Under the pieces are notes generated by a model. The model was given only the letters and a program-made list of their open reading frames with translations. It had not been told where the DNA came from and did not search any database. This document shows positions 1 to 8,499 of a DNA stretch of 64,000 bases, piece by piece. This DNA comes from a virus: positions 1 through 64,000 of the IMG/VR virus record IMGVR_UViG_3300027759_000063, one strand, 5' to 3'. The position numbers and the translations under genes were made by a program. Within the stretch, counting starts at the first letter, position 1; the number at the start of each line of letters is the position of its first letter.

Positions 1-110
1 CTCATCCTACGGGATTTACGTTTCTGATGCCACGGCGCACGGCAGGACCGGTTACAGATCTATTCCTACAGTGCCCATTAAACAACCCACCTCCCTGGTC
101 ATGCACAGTT

Positions 111-139
111 ATTATACTGCACAAGTCAGGTGTTGTCAA
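111..139 (-). promoter_or_regulatory. sigma70-type promoter TTGACA-17-TATAAT firing toward the window start
   Basis: + strand ATTATA 111-116 and TGTCAA 134-139, 17-nt spacer. Confidence 0.75.
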
Positions 140-593
140 CTTGTTTTTTAGTTAATTCACACACCAGGAGAAACTGCTCGTAGGCCAGTCGCACTGCAGG
201 ATTGGTTAGTAATTGTTCGGCTTCTGCTTGCATGGCCTTTAGACCGGCTTCGGCTATGTCTCTAGCACTGGCCACTTCAATGGTATAGATGTCATCACCC
301 ATGGCTCGGTTCAACCGAGTCCAGGCACGTTGTTGATCATGTGTGAGTTCTTTCCGGCGTGGACGCATTTCACTGGCCTTACGCACTGCCTCACTCATCT
401 TGTCTTCAGCCACACGACCAGCGGCTATCATTGGTGCCAAGGCAGGATCAATGTTATAGCGTGTGCTACGGCCGCCGGGATAGCACATGATCAAATGGTT
501 GCCCCGGGGCATAGCATCCATGAGTTCATAGTCATGTTCCATGACAGGCACATACCTACGTCCACGTTTTTCGTAGTAGATTTTTTTAGTCAT
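126..593 (-). CDS. hypothetical phage protein
   Basis: ORF 126..638; likely start MTKKIYY at 593, overlapping the upstream stop. Confidence 0.7.
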   Translation of the reverse strand: MTKKIYYEKRGRRYVPVMEHDYELMDAMPRGNHLIMCYPGGRSTRYNIDPALAPMIAAGRVAEDKMSEAVRKASEMRPRRKELTHDQQRAWTRLNRAMGDDIYTIEVASARDIAEAGLKAMQAEAEQLLTNPAVRLAYEQFLLVCELTKKQVDNT

Positions 594-867
594 TGGCTGC
601 CCAGGTGTTGGCATGATAATCCCAATGTCTACTGTCATATAGATTAAACGTCAGCTCGTAGCCAAATAAGCCTAATTTTAATTTAACGCCTGCATGGTCA
701 CATCTAGTGGTCCAATCAAAATTAAAATGCAATAGATTTTCACAGTCTTGAAATACTTCCAATTCAAGATATTTGTGTTTGAATGGCGTACTCCAAACAC
801 GATTGAAAATATGATTGAATGACACCCTGGTCAAAGGATACTCAATTGCAAATTTTAAATTGATCAT
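586..867 (-). CDS. hypothetical protein
   Basis: 93-aa ORF translationally coupled to the ligase (ATGA overlap). Confidence 0.65.
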   Translation of the reverse strand: MINLKFAIEYPLTRVSFNHIFNRVWSTPFKHKYLELEVFQDCENLLHFNFDWTTRCDHAGVKLKLGLFGYELTFNLYDSRHWDYHANTWAAND

Positions 868-2237
868 ACTTTTTCGCCGGCTTCAAAATCTCTAAAGCGC
901 AAGAATCTTGGGAATCTCAGACTGTATGATCCGTCTTGGTTTTGCGTAACTGCGTCAGCTTGCACTTCCACCAAGTGACCAAGAAGAAGATCCCGGCTGC
1001 TCCAGTACTCATCCCTATCGCTATCAGACAGGCCACTGCCAACATTAACTCGTATGTGTCTTCCATTGTCATCTCCTTCACAGATTATAGCACCCAACCG
1101 GTCAGCATTGCGACCAGTACCTTGTTCGAAACCCACAATGCTCAAATCAACTGTGATTGTGGGTTTCCATTTCATCCATGAATCTGTGCGTTTGCACAGG
1201 TACGGTGCATCCATGCTCTTGATCATGATGCCTTCAAATCCACCCTCCACAGCGGCTTCAGCATAACGGTTCATGATATCATGCCCTTCGGCTGTGTCCA
1301 GGTCCACTTCCAGACCGTTCATGATCTGGATAGCACCTTCCGCAGGCAACGAGGCACGTACACATTCCAACATTTCAATGCGTTTGTATTGTTGTGCGTT
1401 GTAGTGACCTTCAACAAAACTGTCCAGCGGTATGATATCAAACACATGATATATCATGCCGTCAGTGACAGCGTCCGATTTGCGATGTGCTTGCTTCATC
1501 AACTTCTGGAAACTTTCGCCCACAATCTCACCATCCAATACAAAACGACCGCCATGTGGAATTTGAAAAAATGCCTTGCGATTGTCTTCTATGGCCTGAG
1601 CAATCTGCGGAAAGTTTTCAAACTCTTTGCCATTGCGGCTGTACAATGTAACGCTGGTACCTTGTACCACTGCCAACACACGCACACCATCCAGTTTGCA
1701 TTCCAGGCGTTTGATGCCTTTCAGCTTCTTGGGTTGGTCCGTTGAGTCCTGTGCCAGTTGGCATGAGAACACAGGAATCCGCCACTGTGTTTTGCCCAGC
1801 ACTTTGTTCAAAGTTTTTTCTGAAATGCCACAGCGCAGGTCTTTTATGAGTACACGTCTACAAAGATTGTTCCATTCTAGACTGTCAAACTGTTTCATTG
1901 TTTCCAAGATAGCATCTCTAGCACGATGTCCAGTGAATGTTCTTGTGCGCAGGCCTTCCAACAATCCCCAAAACACAGGCCAGGGATTTTCCGCATGTTC
2001 AATGCCCTCGCTTTCGGGCACTTGTCGCACATGGAATGTGTAGTAGGGATTGTAGGCTTGATAGCAATTGAACAAAAAACACTGGGCATTTGCACTGCCC
2101 AATTTTGCCGCCATCAAGGCTTTCTCAATCACTCGTTCTTTGTGCAAGCGACTGTCAGAACTTTCAAGGTCCCTTATCCAATCGGCTGCCACTGGGATAC
2201 CGTTGAATTGTTTGTGTGTGAAGTCAATGTCATTCAT
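864..2237 (-). CDS. lig: ATP-dependent DNA ligase (T4 gp30-like)
   Basis: Motifs KLDGVR (I), LDGE (III), FDII, EGIMIK (IV), KWKP (V); OB fold VGSG...SLRFPRF. Confidence 0.95.
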   Translation of the reverse strand: MNDIDFTHKQFNGIPVAADWIRDLESSDSRLHKERVIEKALMAAKLGSANAQCFLFNCYQAYNPYYTFHVRQVPESEGIEHAENPWPVFWGLLEGLRTRTFTGHRARDAILETMKQFDSLEWNNLCRRVLIKDLRCGISEKTLNKVLGKTQWRIPVFSCQLAQDSTDQPKKLKGIKRLECKLDGVRVLAVVQGTSVTLYSRNGKEFENFPQIAQAIEDNRKAFFQIPHGGRFVLDGEIVGESFQKLMKQAHRKSDAVTDGMIYHVFDIIPLDSFVEGHYNAQQYKRIEMLECVRASLPAEGAIQIMNGLEVDLDTAEGHDIMNRYAEAAVEGGFEGIMIKSMDAPYLCKRTDSWMKWKPTITVDLSIVGFEQGTGRNADRLGAIICEGDDNGRHIRVNVGSGLSDSDRDEYWSSRDLLLGHLVEVQADAVTQNQDGSYSLRFPRFLRFRDFEAGEKV

Positions 2238-2249
2238 ATATTTACAGGG

Positions 2250-2675
2250 TTACCATGATGAATTATAGAATACTTTCAAACCCAAGAACATTTCTGCACG
2301 GGCGGCCTGGATGAATTTCAAGTCTTCATTGTAGTAGTGCTGATCTGCATCACTGCCAAAAAAGAATCCCGATGTGGCCGGCAGTTGACGTTTTTTCACT
2401 GCCAACTCCAAATCATCCAAGTCCTCAGCAGTGAGCTCGAATTCAATGCCGTTGAAGTTGTCTGTTTCACGTAGCGCATTACCTTCACGACGGAGCCATC
2501 GTTGTGCCATCCAGCCATGCAGATTGGGATGTTTGCGCCAGTATGCAATGTCTCTTGGCTTGTTGACATTGGGGTTGCGGTGTTCTTTGTGATCTGGATC
2601 CCACTCAGAGCCTTCGTAAAATTCAGCTTGCTGGCCTGCCCGGGCGGCCACGTATGCGTACATGTCAAGTCCCAT
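2250..2675 (-). CDS. conserved phage hypothetical protein (MGLDMY...YWRKH family)
   Basis: 141-aa ORF with GGAG SD; recognisable widespread phage motif pattern. Confidence 0.75.
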   Translation of the reverse strand: MGLDMYAYVAARAGQQAEFYEGSEWDPDHKEHRNPNVNKPRDIAYWRKHPNLHGWMAQRWLRREGNALRETDNFNGIEFELTAEDLDDLELAVKKRQLPATSGFFFGSDADQHYYNEDLKFIQAARAEMFLGLKVFYNSSW

Positions 2676-2686
2676 GTTTCTCTCCG

Positions 2687-2905
2687 TTAATCAAGTGGAA
2701 CATTTTTCATTGGCTCAGTGCCTGTCCAGTGTGCCTGTGTCACACACACGCCTCGATACTGCACACCCATTGGGTGCTCACCTTTTTTGGGCAGTGTTTT
2801 GATTGCTCGCTCGCATGCAGTTTTGGTGGGCATGGTCACAGGCACTTTGTCTATGAAGTTGCCACCGGGGCTGAGCATGGCAACGATCAATATCCATTCA
2901 TTCAT
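2687..2905 (-). CDS. small protein with hydrophobic N-terminus and two Cys
   Basis: 72-aa ORF, TAATG-coupled to the upstream ORF. Confidence 0.6.
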   Translation of the reverse strand: MNEWILIVAMLSPGGNFIDKVPVTMPTKTACERAIKTLPKKGEHPMGVQYRGVCVTQAHWTGTEPMKNVPLD

Positions 2906-3030
2906 TATGCAGCCTTCAAAAAATTTTGGTGCACCATGAACGACCCGGCACCGTGACGGGTAGGCGCAATCTCTACTATCTCTCCATATGTAGAAATCAC
3001 AAAATACTGTTGACCTTGATATGTGACCAT
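2905..3030 (-). CDS. 41-aa small protein MVTYQGQQYFVISTYGEIVEIAPTRHGAGSFMVHQNFLKAA (not in ORF track)
   Basis: Fills the gap exactly, with TAATG overlaps at both ends. Confidence 0.65.
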   Translation of the reverse strand: MVTYQGQQYFVISTYGEIVEIAPTRHGAGSFMVHQNFLKAA

Positions 3031-3314
3031 TATGCGGCCTCCAACATGTTAGCGGGCACCTTCCACAGCATCACACCGTCTTTGACTGTGACATACTTGA
3101 TGGCCACCTTGGTCACTGTGCCTTGTACCACAAGGCCACCACGCTTGGCGCTGGTGAACTTGACTGTGTCACCTTTGGTGAACGTGCGGATTTTCTGCTT
3201 GCCCAACTGAGCGCGAGCATACTGCACCGCACTCACAATGCTGTTGAGTTGTTCGTTTGTGAAGTTGCCAAACATGATGGCAGTGTTGACTTCTTGGATT
3301 GTTGCGTATGTCAT
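3030..3314 (-). CDS. early small protein, KOW/SH3-like C-terminal half
   Basis: AGGAGCC SD; FTKGDTVKF...GTVTKVAIKYVTV pattern. Confidence 0.7.
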   Translation of the reverse strand: MTYATIQEVNTAIMFGNFTNEQLNSIVSAVQYARAQLGKQKIRTFTKGDTVKFTSAKRGGLVVQGTVTKVAIKYVTVKDGVMLWKVPANMLEAA

Positions 3315-3344
3315 CTCAGGCTCCTTTTGTTACAATATGTTCAT

Positions 3345-3402
3345 ATTATAGCATTTTGGCAATTATTGGTCAACCGCCAAAAAGGTAATACTCAAGTATT
3401 AC
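3345..3402 (-). promoter_or_regulatory. early promoter module 1: palindrome GTAATACT-NN-AGTATTAC + TTGACC-17-TGCTATAAT
   Basis: ATTATA 3345-3350, GGTCAA 3368-3373, perfect inverted repeat 3385-3402. Confidence 0.85.
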
Positions 3403-3674
3403 ATGCTCCAGAAAGTTTCGCTGGCGGGTGAGCAACAGTTGGGGGTGTTGACATCTTCCAGGAATTCTTTGCCAGTCATGAGATTGGTGCGTACAACCAT
3501 CTTGGGTGTGTAGTACTTGGTGGCAATGATGCTGAGTTGGTCCACGCTCCACCCTGCTTTGTTGCAAAGACGAGTGCGGGTGGCACGTGCGGCACCGAAC
3601 GTTTTGTATGCACGGGTTTTCATGGGACCATCTGTTACAATAAGTCCAGTACCTCTAGAAACAATGTAGTACAT
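3399..3674 (-). CDS. early small protein (C-terminal NTPNCCSPASETFWSM)
   Basis: 91-aa ORF, AGGAGCC SD, own promoter. Confidence 0.75.
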   Translation of the reverse strand: MYYIVSRGTGLIVTDGPMKTRAYKTFGAARATRTRLCNKAGWSVDQLSIIATKYYTPKMVVRTNLMTGKEFLEDVNTPNCCSPASETFWSM

Positions 3675-3703
3675 TTTGGCTCCTTTTTGCTTTGTATGCC
3701 ACT

Positions 3704-3750
3704 ATTATAGCAAAAAGGGAATTTTTGGTCAAGTACTACTAGAGTACTAC
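3704..3750 (-). promoter_or_regulatory. early promoter module 2
   Basis: ATTATA 3704-3709, GGTCAA 3727-3732, GTACTACTAGAGTACTAC 3733-3750. Confidence 0.85.
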
Positions 3751-3754
3751 TTTT

Positions 3755-4603
3755 TTACACTTGTGCTCGGGCTTCTGCAGGTGTGTATTCACTGCCGCTC
3801 AGCGTGGCCTGTGGTGGCACTGAGGCAGGTTGTTGGGGCACGCCATTGTCAGACTTGAGTCCAATACTGTCCAATCCAGCGGTGTTGCGTCCTTCACGTA
3901 GCGCACCTACCAGGGCCTGACCCGATTCATTGGCTGTGTTGGCAATGCTTTCCAAAAACTGTGCAGCCATGCCTTCTTGCGTGTCTTTGCCATATCCGGC
4001 CAAGGCAGGAATAAAAGCAGTGATGGGCAATTGAGCGCCAGCAGTGAGTGTGGCATAGTCAATGCTGGCCTTAGTCTGAAATATGGATTCGTTATAGCTG
4101 TGAGTAACCATTTCGGTCCATGCGGTGTTTAATGTTGTGGTTGCAGTGCCCATGGCAGTGATGGCTGTGCCAATGGCCGCATTGGCCTCAGTTATCAATC
4201 TAGCCAATGCTGCATCATATGTGGCATAGGTTGGTACGTTGTAAGGAGCAGGAAGAGTAATTGTGGGTGGCACACCGTAAGTGGCAGTACTCACCAGGGT
4301 CTTCATGTAAGAATAAATGGTATTGAGTGTTGTGAGTGTGCCGGCTGTAAGTTGTGCTGTGATGGTGCTGGTAACTGTGGTCAAATCAGTGTTGTAGGGA
4401 ATGCCAGCAGCTGATCCAAAAAAGTCTGTGGTCAAAAAAGTACCGCTGGGTCCTGAGCCCAGCGCCAAGTTTGTGGCATAGTAAGTGGCCACTGCGGCAG
4501 GCACAGGTGTTGTGGTATTGGCCACCAAGTCCAGGCCTTTGAGTGTGCCTAGTTTTTGTGAATATGCCGCAGTTTCTGCGGCGGTTTGTGTTATTGTGGT
4601 CAT
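3755..4603 (-). CDS. Thr/Ala-rich putative virion (baseplate/tail) protein
   Basis: Composition; same operon as PAAR. Confidence 0.6.
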   Translation of the reverse strand: MTTITQTAAETAAYSQKLGTLKGLDLVANTTTPVPAAVATYYATNLALGSGPSGTFLTTDFFGSAAGIPYNTDLTTVTSTITAQLTAGTLTTLNTIYSYMKTLVSTATYGVPPTITLPAPYNVPTYATYDAALARLITEANAAIGTAITAMGTATTTLNTAWTEMVTHSYNESIFQTKASIDYATLTAGAQLPITAFIPALAGYGKDTQEGMAAQFLESIANTANESGQALVGALREGRNTAGLDSIGLKSDNGVPQQPASVPPQATLSGSEYTPAEARAQV

Positions 4604-5754
4604 TGTAGTATTGCCGCCAGTTTAGGTGCAGTGGTGGTGCGTATGCCTTTGATTTGTTGAAAAGAAATCTGCAAGGCACGGTTGGCCGCGGCATTGGCTG
4701 CAGGTATAATTTTTGCCAAGTCATCACACCCTACAGGTGCCAATGTGCCTGAATTCAATATAGGAGCAATAACAGTGTTGACTGCACCCGTGGTGTCATA
4801 TATCAACACAGGACCATCAGGTGTGGGCAGTGTGAGACTGCTGTAACTTGTGGGAAATATTTTGGCAGGATTCAACAACTCACACATCTGTGTGATGTTG
4901 GGTGTGGTACAATTGAGAATACTCAGTACATTGGTCAAACAGGCGCCAGTGACTGTACAGAGTGCAGGATAAGCTCGCTGTTGAAGAACATCAAAAGCAT
5001 TTTTGGTCAGTCCCGTGGGGTTGAACAGGCTTTGTACATTGAGATTCACCAAGTCGGCAATGTTTTGATCTGTGAGTCCTTGTGCTTTTAACGCTTCAGT
5101 CACACACGGGGTTGATCCATTCAACATGTTGCCTTTTACAGCCAATTGATGTAACAACACAGCTGGTGTGCCAAACTGATCAACATTTTCAAAGTCGATC
5201 AAATCCCCAGTGTCTGCAAGGTCGGCCCCAAATGCTGGAAAAGCCAAGTTGACCTGTGCAATGTCCCCAGTGATCAAATTGTTCATGTTGGTGAATGTGG
5301 GACCAAGATAGTCATCACTGTTGACATTGACTGCACTGAGTATGACATTGTTTGTGAGACTGATATATCCCTGAGCGGCACCAAATGCCTGTGCAAATTT
5401 TCCAAAATCGCCGCCGCCCAATTGAGTGCTGGCTGCTGTGGTAATAGTAGTAGCATAACCGGCATTGCCCACGGTCCAGGACACATTGCTGGGCACACTG
5501 TCACCTAACGCAGGACAATAGTTGCCACTCACATTGGCTCCCAGCGTCTTGAGATTGGCCAGGGTACCTGCACCAATACTCAATGACACATTGCTTGCGG
5601 CTTGCCCAATGGTGTAGATCAAGTTGGCTATGGGTGCTAATGAGTTGTAACTGGCAATGCTGTTGGCCAATTGTGTGTTGGCTGTTATGGCATTGCCTGC
5701 GTAAAATCCCACACCTGCTGTGAGTTGTAGTGGTGTTGCTGTTGACTCTGCCAT
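4600..5754 (-). CDS. putative virion (baseplate/tail) protein
   Basis: Ala/Asn/Thr-rich 384 aa, coupled directly to the PAAR gene. Confidence 0.6.
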   Translation of the reverse strand: MAESTATPLQLTAGVGFYAGNAITANTQLANSIASYNSLAPIANLIYTIGQAASNVSLSIGAGTLANLKTLGANVSGNYCPALGDSVPSNVSWTVGNAGYATTITTAASTQLGGGDFGKFAQAFGAAQGYISLTNNVILSAVNVNSDDYLGPTFTNMNNLITGDIAQVNLAFPAFGADLADTGDLIDFENVDQFGTPAVLLHQLAVKGNMLNGSTPCVTEALKAQGLTDQNIADLVNLNVQSLFNPTGLTKNAFDVLQQRAYPALCTVTGACLTNVLSILNCTTPNITQMCELLNPAKIFPTSYSSLTLPTPDGPVLIYDTTGAVNTVIAPILNSGTLAPVGCDDLAKIIPAANAAANRALQISFQQIKGIRTTTAPKLAAILQ

Positions 5755-6038
5755 TATCCTGCTCTCACTGTGCTAGAACCTGCTACTCTAGGGTGACCAC
5801 AGGTGTCTGAATCGCCATCACGTATGACGGGCTTCCCACCTGCACGTACAGATCCTGAACCACCCGAAGTCACTGCTGAACAATGTATGCCACAACCGGG
5901 TTGTCCGCAACAAGGATGCGGGGTTACTGAAATACCAGGTACAACAATGGGACGGCCGTTCACACGTACCGAAGCCACACCCGAGGTGTTGACACCACCT
6001 GATGAGTTTGGATCCCCTTGACGTTGCACTGCTGGCAT
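5754..6038 (-). CDS. PAAR-domain spike tip protein (T4 gp5.4-like)
   Basis: MPAVQRQGD, VRVNGRPI, TPH, GSGSVRAGGKPVIRDGD, CGH, GSSTVRAG. Confidence 0.9.
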   Translation of the reverse strand: MPAVQRQGDPNSSGGVNTSGVASVRVNGRPIVVPGISVTPHPCCGQPGCGIHCSAVTSGGSGSVRAGGKPVIRDGDSDTCGHPRVAGSSTVRAG

Positions 6039-6039
6039 G

Positions 6040-6339
6040 TTATCCCATTAAGATTTTACTGCGCACAGGTTTGATGCCTGTTGTGGCTTCCAGGTAACTG
6101 TCCCCCACGTCTTCACGCACAGGAGCAATCATGGCCACGCTAGATCTATTTACCGTGACATCCGACTCGGGATCTGCGGTAAACAAGCTATTCATCAGTT
6201 GTATGCCTTGCTGTCCAGGCACCACTGCCACAGGTTTGCTCAGGGTGAGAGTACTGCTGTCATATGCTGTGACTTTGGCCACTATTTCTTCACCATAGCC
6301 CATGCGCATGGTGTATGTTTTTCCCGCTTCGATGCTCAT
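6040..6339 (-). CDS. conserved phage protein, possible Sm-like fold
   Basis: GEEIVAKV...LSKPVAV...YLEATTGI pattern. Confidence 0.6.
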   Translation of the reverse strand: MSIEAGKTYTMRMGYGEEIVAKVTAYDSSTLTLSKPVAVVPGQQGIQLMNSLFTADPESDVTVNRSSVAMIAPVREDVGDSYLEATTGIKPVRSKILMG

Positions 6340-6941
6340 TCTAGTTCCTTTTTAACTATTGCCAACTGATAATTTACCAACCCCAATTTGAGCCTGTGAT
6401 AAAACATGTTCACAAAGGCATCAATACTTTGTTTGCAACGACCCAGGTAATGCTGTTCATCTTCCCAGAGATAGTCGTCAAACAACATCACGCCGCCAGG
6501 GCGCAACAATCCAAAACACATCACAGCATCTGCTAGTGCATCATCTGCGTTGTGACTACCATCCACGTAGACGAAGTCATACTGACGTTGATCCACAATC
6601 AGCTGTGCCAATGCAGGGAAACTCATGTTGGCATGCACTTCCACAGTTTGTCCAGGTTTTTTAACCTCTCCTGTGTTGGTACGGAAGATTTGTTCAATAC
6701 TGCGATCTTCAGGGATTGAATCATAACTGAATGCTGTGACCGGACGGTCAGCAAATGGATCAATGCAGGTAATGGTGCCTGTGTCTGCCAGCATGTTTTC
6801 CAACATCCAGCAGGTGCTACGGCCTTCGTGGCTGCCTATTTCCAATATGCTGTCAACTGTTTTTTGTTTTTGTAAGTAGTTGGTGATGTAATCAAAATTG
6901 ACCAGTGCATTGCTGAACCAGTCAGATGTGAATTGTGGCAT
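6336..6941 (-). CDS. class I SAM-dependent methyltransferase (Methyltransf_24-like)
   Basis: LEIGSHEGRS, YDFVYVDGSH, LLRPGGVMLFDDY. Confidence 0.85.
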   Translation of the reverse strand: MPQFTSDWFSNALVNFDYITNYLQKQKTVDSILEIGSHEGRSTCWMLENMLADTGTITCIDPFADRPVTAFSYDSIPEDRSIEQIFRTNTGEVKKPGQTVEVHANMSFPALAQLIVDQRQYDFVYVDGSHNADDALADAVMCFGLLRPGGVMLFDDYLWEDEQHYLGRCKQSIDAFVNMFYHRLKLGLVNYQLAIVKKELE

Positions 6942-7162
6942 TACATCAACCTTTGACGCAGTTCCTGAAATCCACCCACATACTCTTCATCCAAGAAGAT
7001 CTGTGGCACTGATCGTGCAGTGGGCACTGACTCCAACAGTTGTTCACGTGTCCAGTCTTGACTGATGTTGCGTACTTCATATTCTATGCCTTTCATTTCC
7101 AACAAGCCCTTGGCTTGTTCGCAGAAGGTGCATTGGTCTTTTGACCATACTATTGCTTTCAT
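6941..7162 (-). CDS. glutaredoxin
   Basis: CTFC, RSVPQIF, VGGFQEL; adjacent to nrdB. Confidence 0.9.
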   Translation of the reverse strand: MKAIVWSKDQCTFCEQAKGLLEMKGIEYEVRNISQDWTREQLLESVPTARSVPQIFLDEEYVGGFQELRQRLM

Positions 7163-7386
7163 TTTGTTTTTCCTTTGGAGTCTAGTTTAATAATACACGG
7201 TGAATCAATACGATCCGACATGGCTTTGACACCATCTGCCCAGGTGTGCATTTTTGCTGACAACCAGTCTAAAAATTGCACTCGCAGACAGCGATTCTTT
7301 TCTTCAATGCGTTCAAACTTGCTCATTACATTGCGAATGTTTTGAAAGTCTTCCGACTCTCGTATTGCAGGATTAGGTTTATACAT
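7159..7386 (-). CDS. hypothetical protein
   Basis: 75-aa ORF with AAGGA SD. Confidence 0.6.
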   Translation of the reverse strand: MYKPNPAIRESEDFQNIRNVMSKFERIEEKNRCLRVQFLDWLSAKMHTWADGVKAMSDRIDSPCIIKLDSKGKTK

Positions 7387-7395
7387 ATTTTCCTT

Positions 7396-8499
7396 TTATA
7401 AATTTGGTAATTCGTCGTAGTCTAACTGGTCAGACATCACGCCAATAACATAGTTAGTTGATTCGTTCTCCTGCAAGGCAGTTTGTTTCTTGCTGGTGTC
7501 CACATGCTTCATAAACCAAGGAATGGGTGTGCTACGCGGTGCAGGCTCCAAATACTTGACACCAATTTCTTTGAGTGCGCCCACTGCTGTGTAGTCCACA
7601 AAGTCCTTGAGAATGTTGGCATTGAGTCCAATCACAGGACCTTTCTGGAACAAGTAGTCAGCCCAGGTCTTTTCCTCACAAATCACATCCAGGTACAACT
7701 GATATACTTCGGCTTCACATTCGGCCTTGGCAGCGGCAAAGCGGGGATCTTCTTTGACCACTTGATTGATCATCCAAGCAGTCCAATCCCGGTGCAGGAT
7801 TTCATCTTGCAGGATCAGGCTGATGATGTTGCCGTTACCAATAAAGATACGATTCTCAACCATGGCCAGGCTTGTGGCAAAGCTCACCATGAAGCGGAAT
7901 GCTTCTAGTGCGTAACTGGCATTGAGTGCCAGCCAAATTGCCTTGATGTGTGCCTTTTCTGTCACGGACTCTGGATTGTTTTCTTTGTGGCAATTTATTC
8001 TGTGTAGTTCGTCGTAGTACTTGCCCACACTTGATGCCATGTCTACAATTTCTTTGGTGTCGTGAATGGTGTTGAACACATCCTTGGGCACGTTGTAGAT
8101 ATTGCGAATGATGTGACTGTATGAACGGCTATGGATGTTGGTTTCAAAGAAACTCCAGTTATACATCAGTGCTTCCAGTTCAGGAATGCCCACAACAGGA
8201 GTAAACACCTGTGCCGGGCCACGACCTTGCAAACTGTCCAAGGCTGTTTGGCGCAACAAGTTGCTGGTAAAGATGTGCCGCACAGTGTCTGACGCTTCCT
8301 TGAAGTCGTTGGCATCTTTGGTTAGCGATACTTCTTCAGGGATCCAAAAGAAGCCACGTGCCTCTTGCTCAAATTTCACAAGTTTGTTGTACTTGACTTC
8401 TTCAAAGCGTTGGATGGTGACAGGTCCTGCAGGGTCAAGAAACATCTTGCGATGAAGATAATCAGTTTTGGTGGTAAGATTGTATTGTGCTTGGCTCAT
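7396..8499 (-). CDS. nrdB: ribonucleotide reductase class Ia beta subunit
   Basis: FFWIPEEV, LDSLQGR, ETNIHSRSY, LEAFRF, DEILH, ALQENESTNY. Confidence 0.95.
   Translation of the reverse strand: MSQAQYNLTTKTDYLHRKMFLDPAGPVTIQRFEEVKYNKLVKFEQEARGFFWIPEEVSLTKDANDFKEASDTVRHIFTSNLLRQTALDSLQGRGPAQVFTPVVGIPELEALMYNWSFFETNIHSRSYSHIIRNIYNVPKDVFNTIHDTKEIVDMASSVGKYYDELHRINCHKENNPESVTEKAHIKAIWLALNASYALEAFRFMVSFATSLAMVENRIFIGNGNIISLILQDEILHRDWTAWMINQVVKEDPRFAAAKAECEAEVYQLYLDVICEEKTWADYLFQKGPVIGLNANILKDFVDYTAVGALKEIGVKYLEPAPRSTPIPWFMKHVDTSKKQTALQENESTNYVIGVMSDQLDYDELPNL

Noticed and set aside
2239-2244. TAAATA before the ligase gene as a late promoter
   Set aside because: Only 1 nt from ATG, too close to place a start site; may be chance
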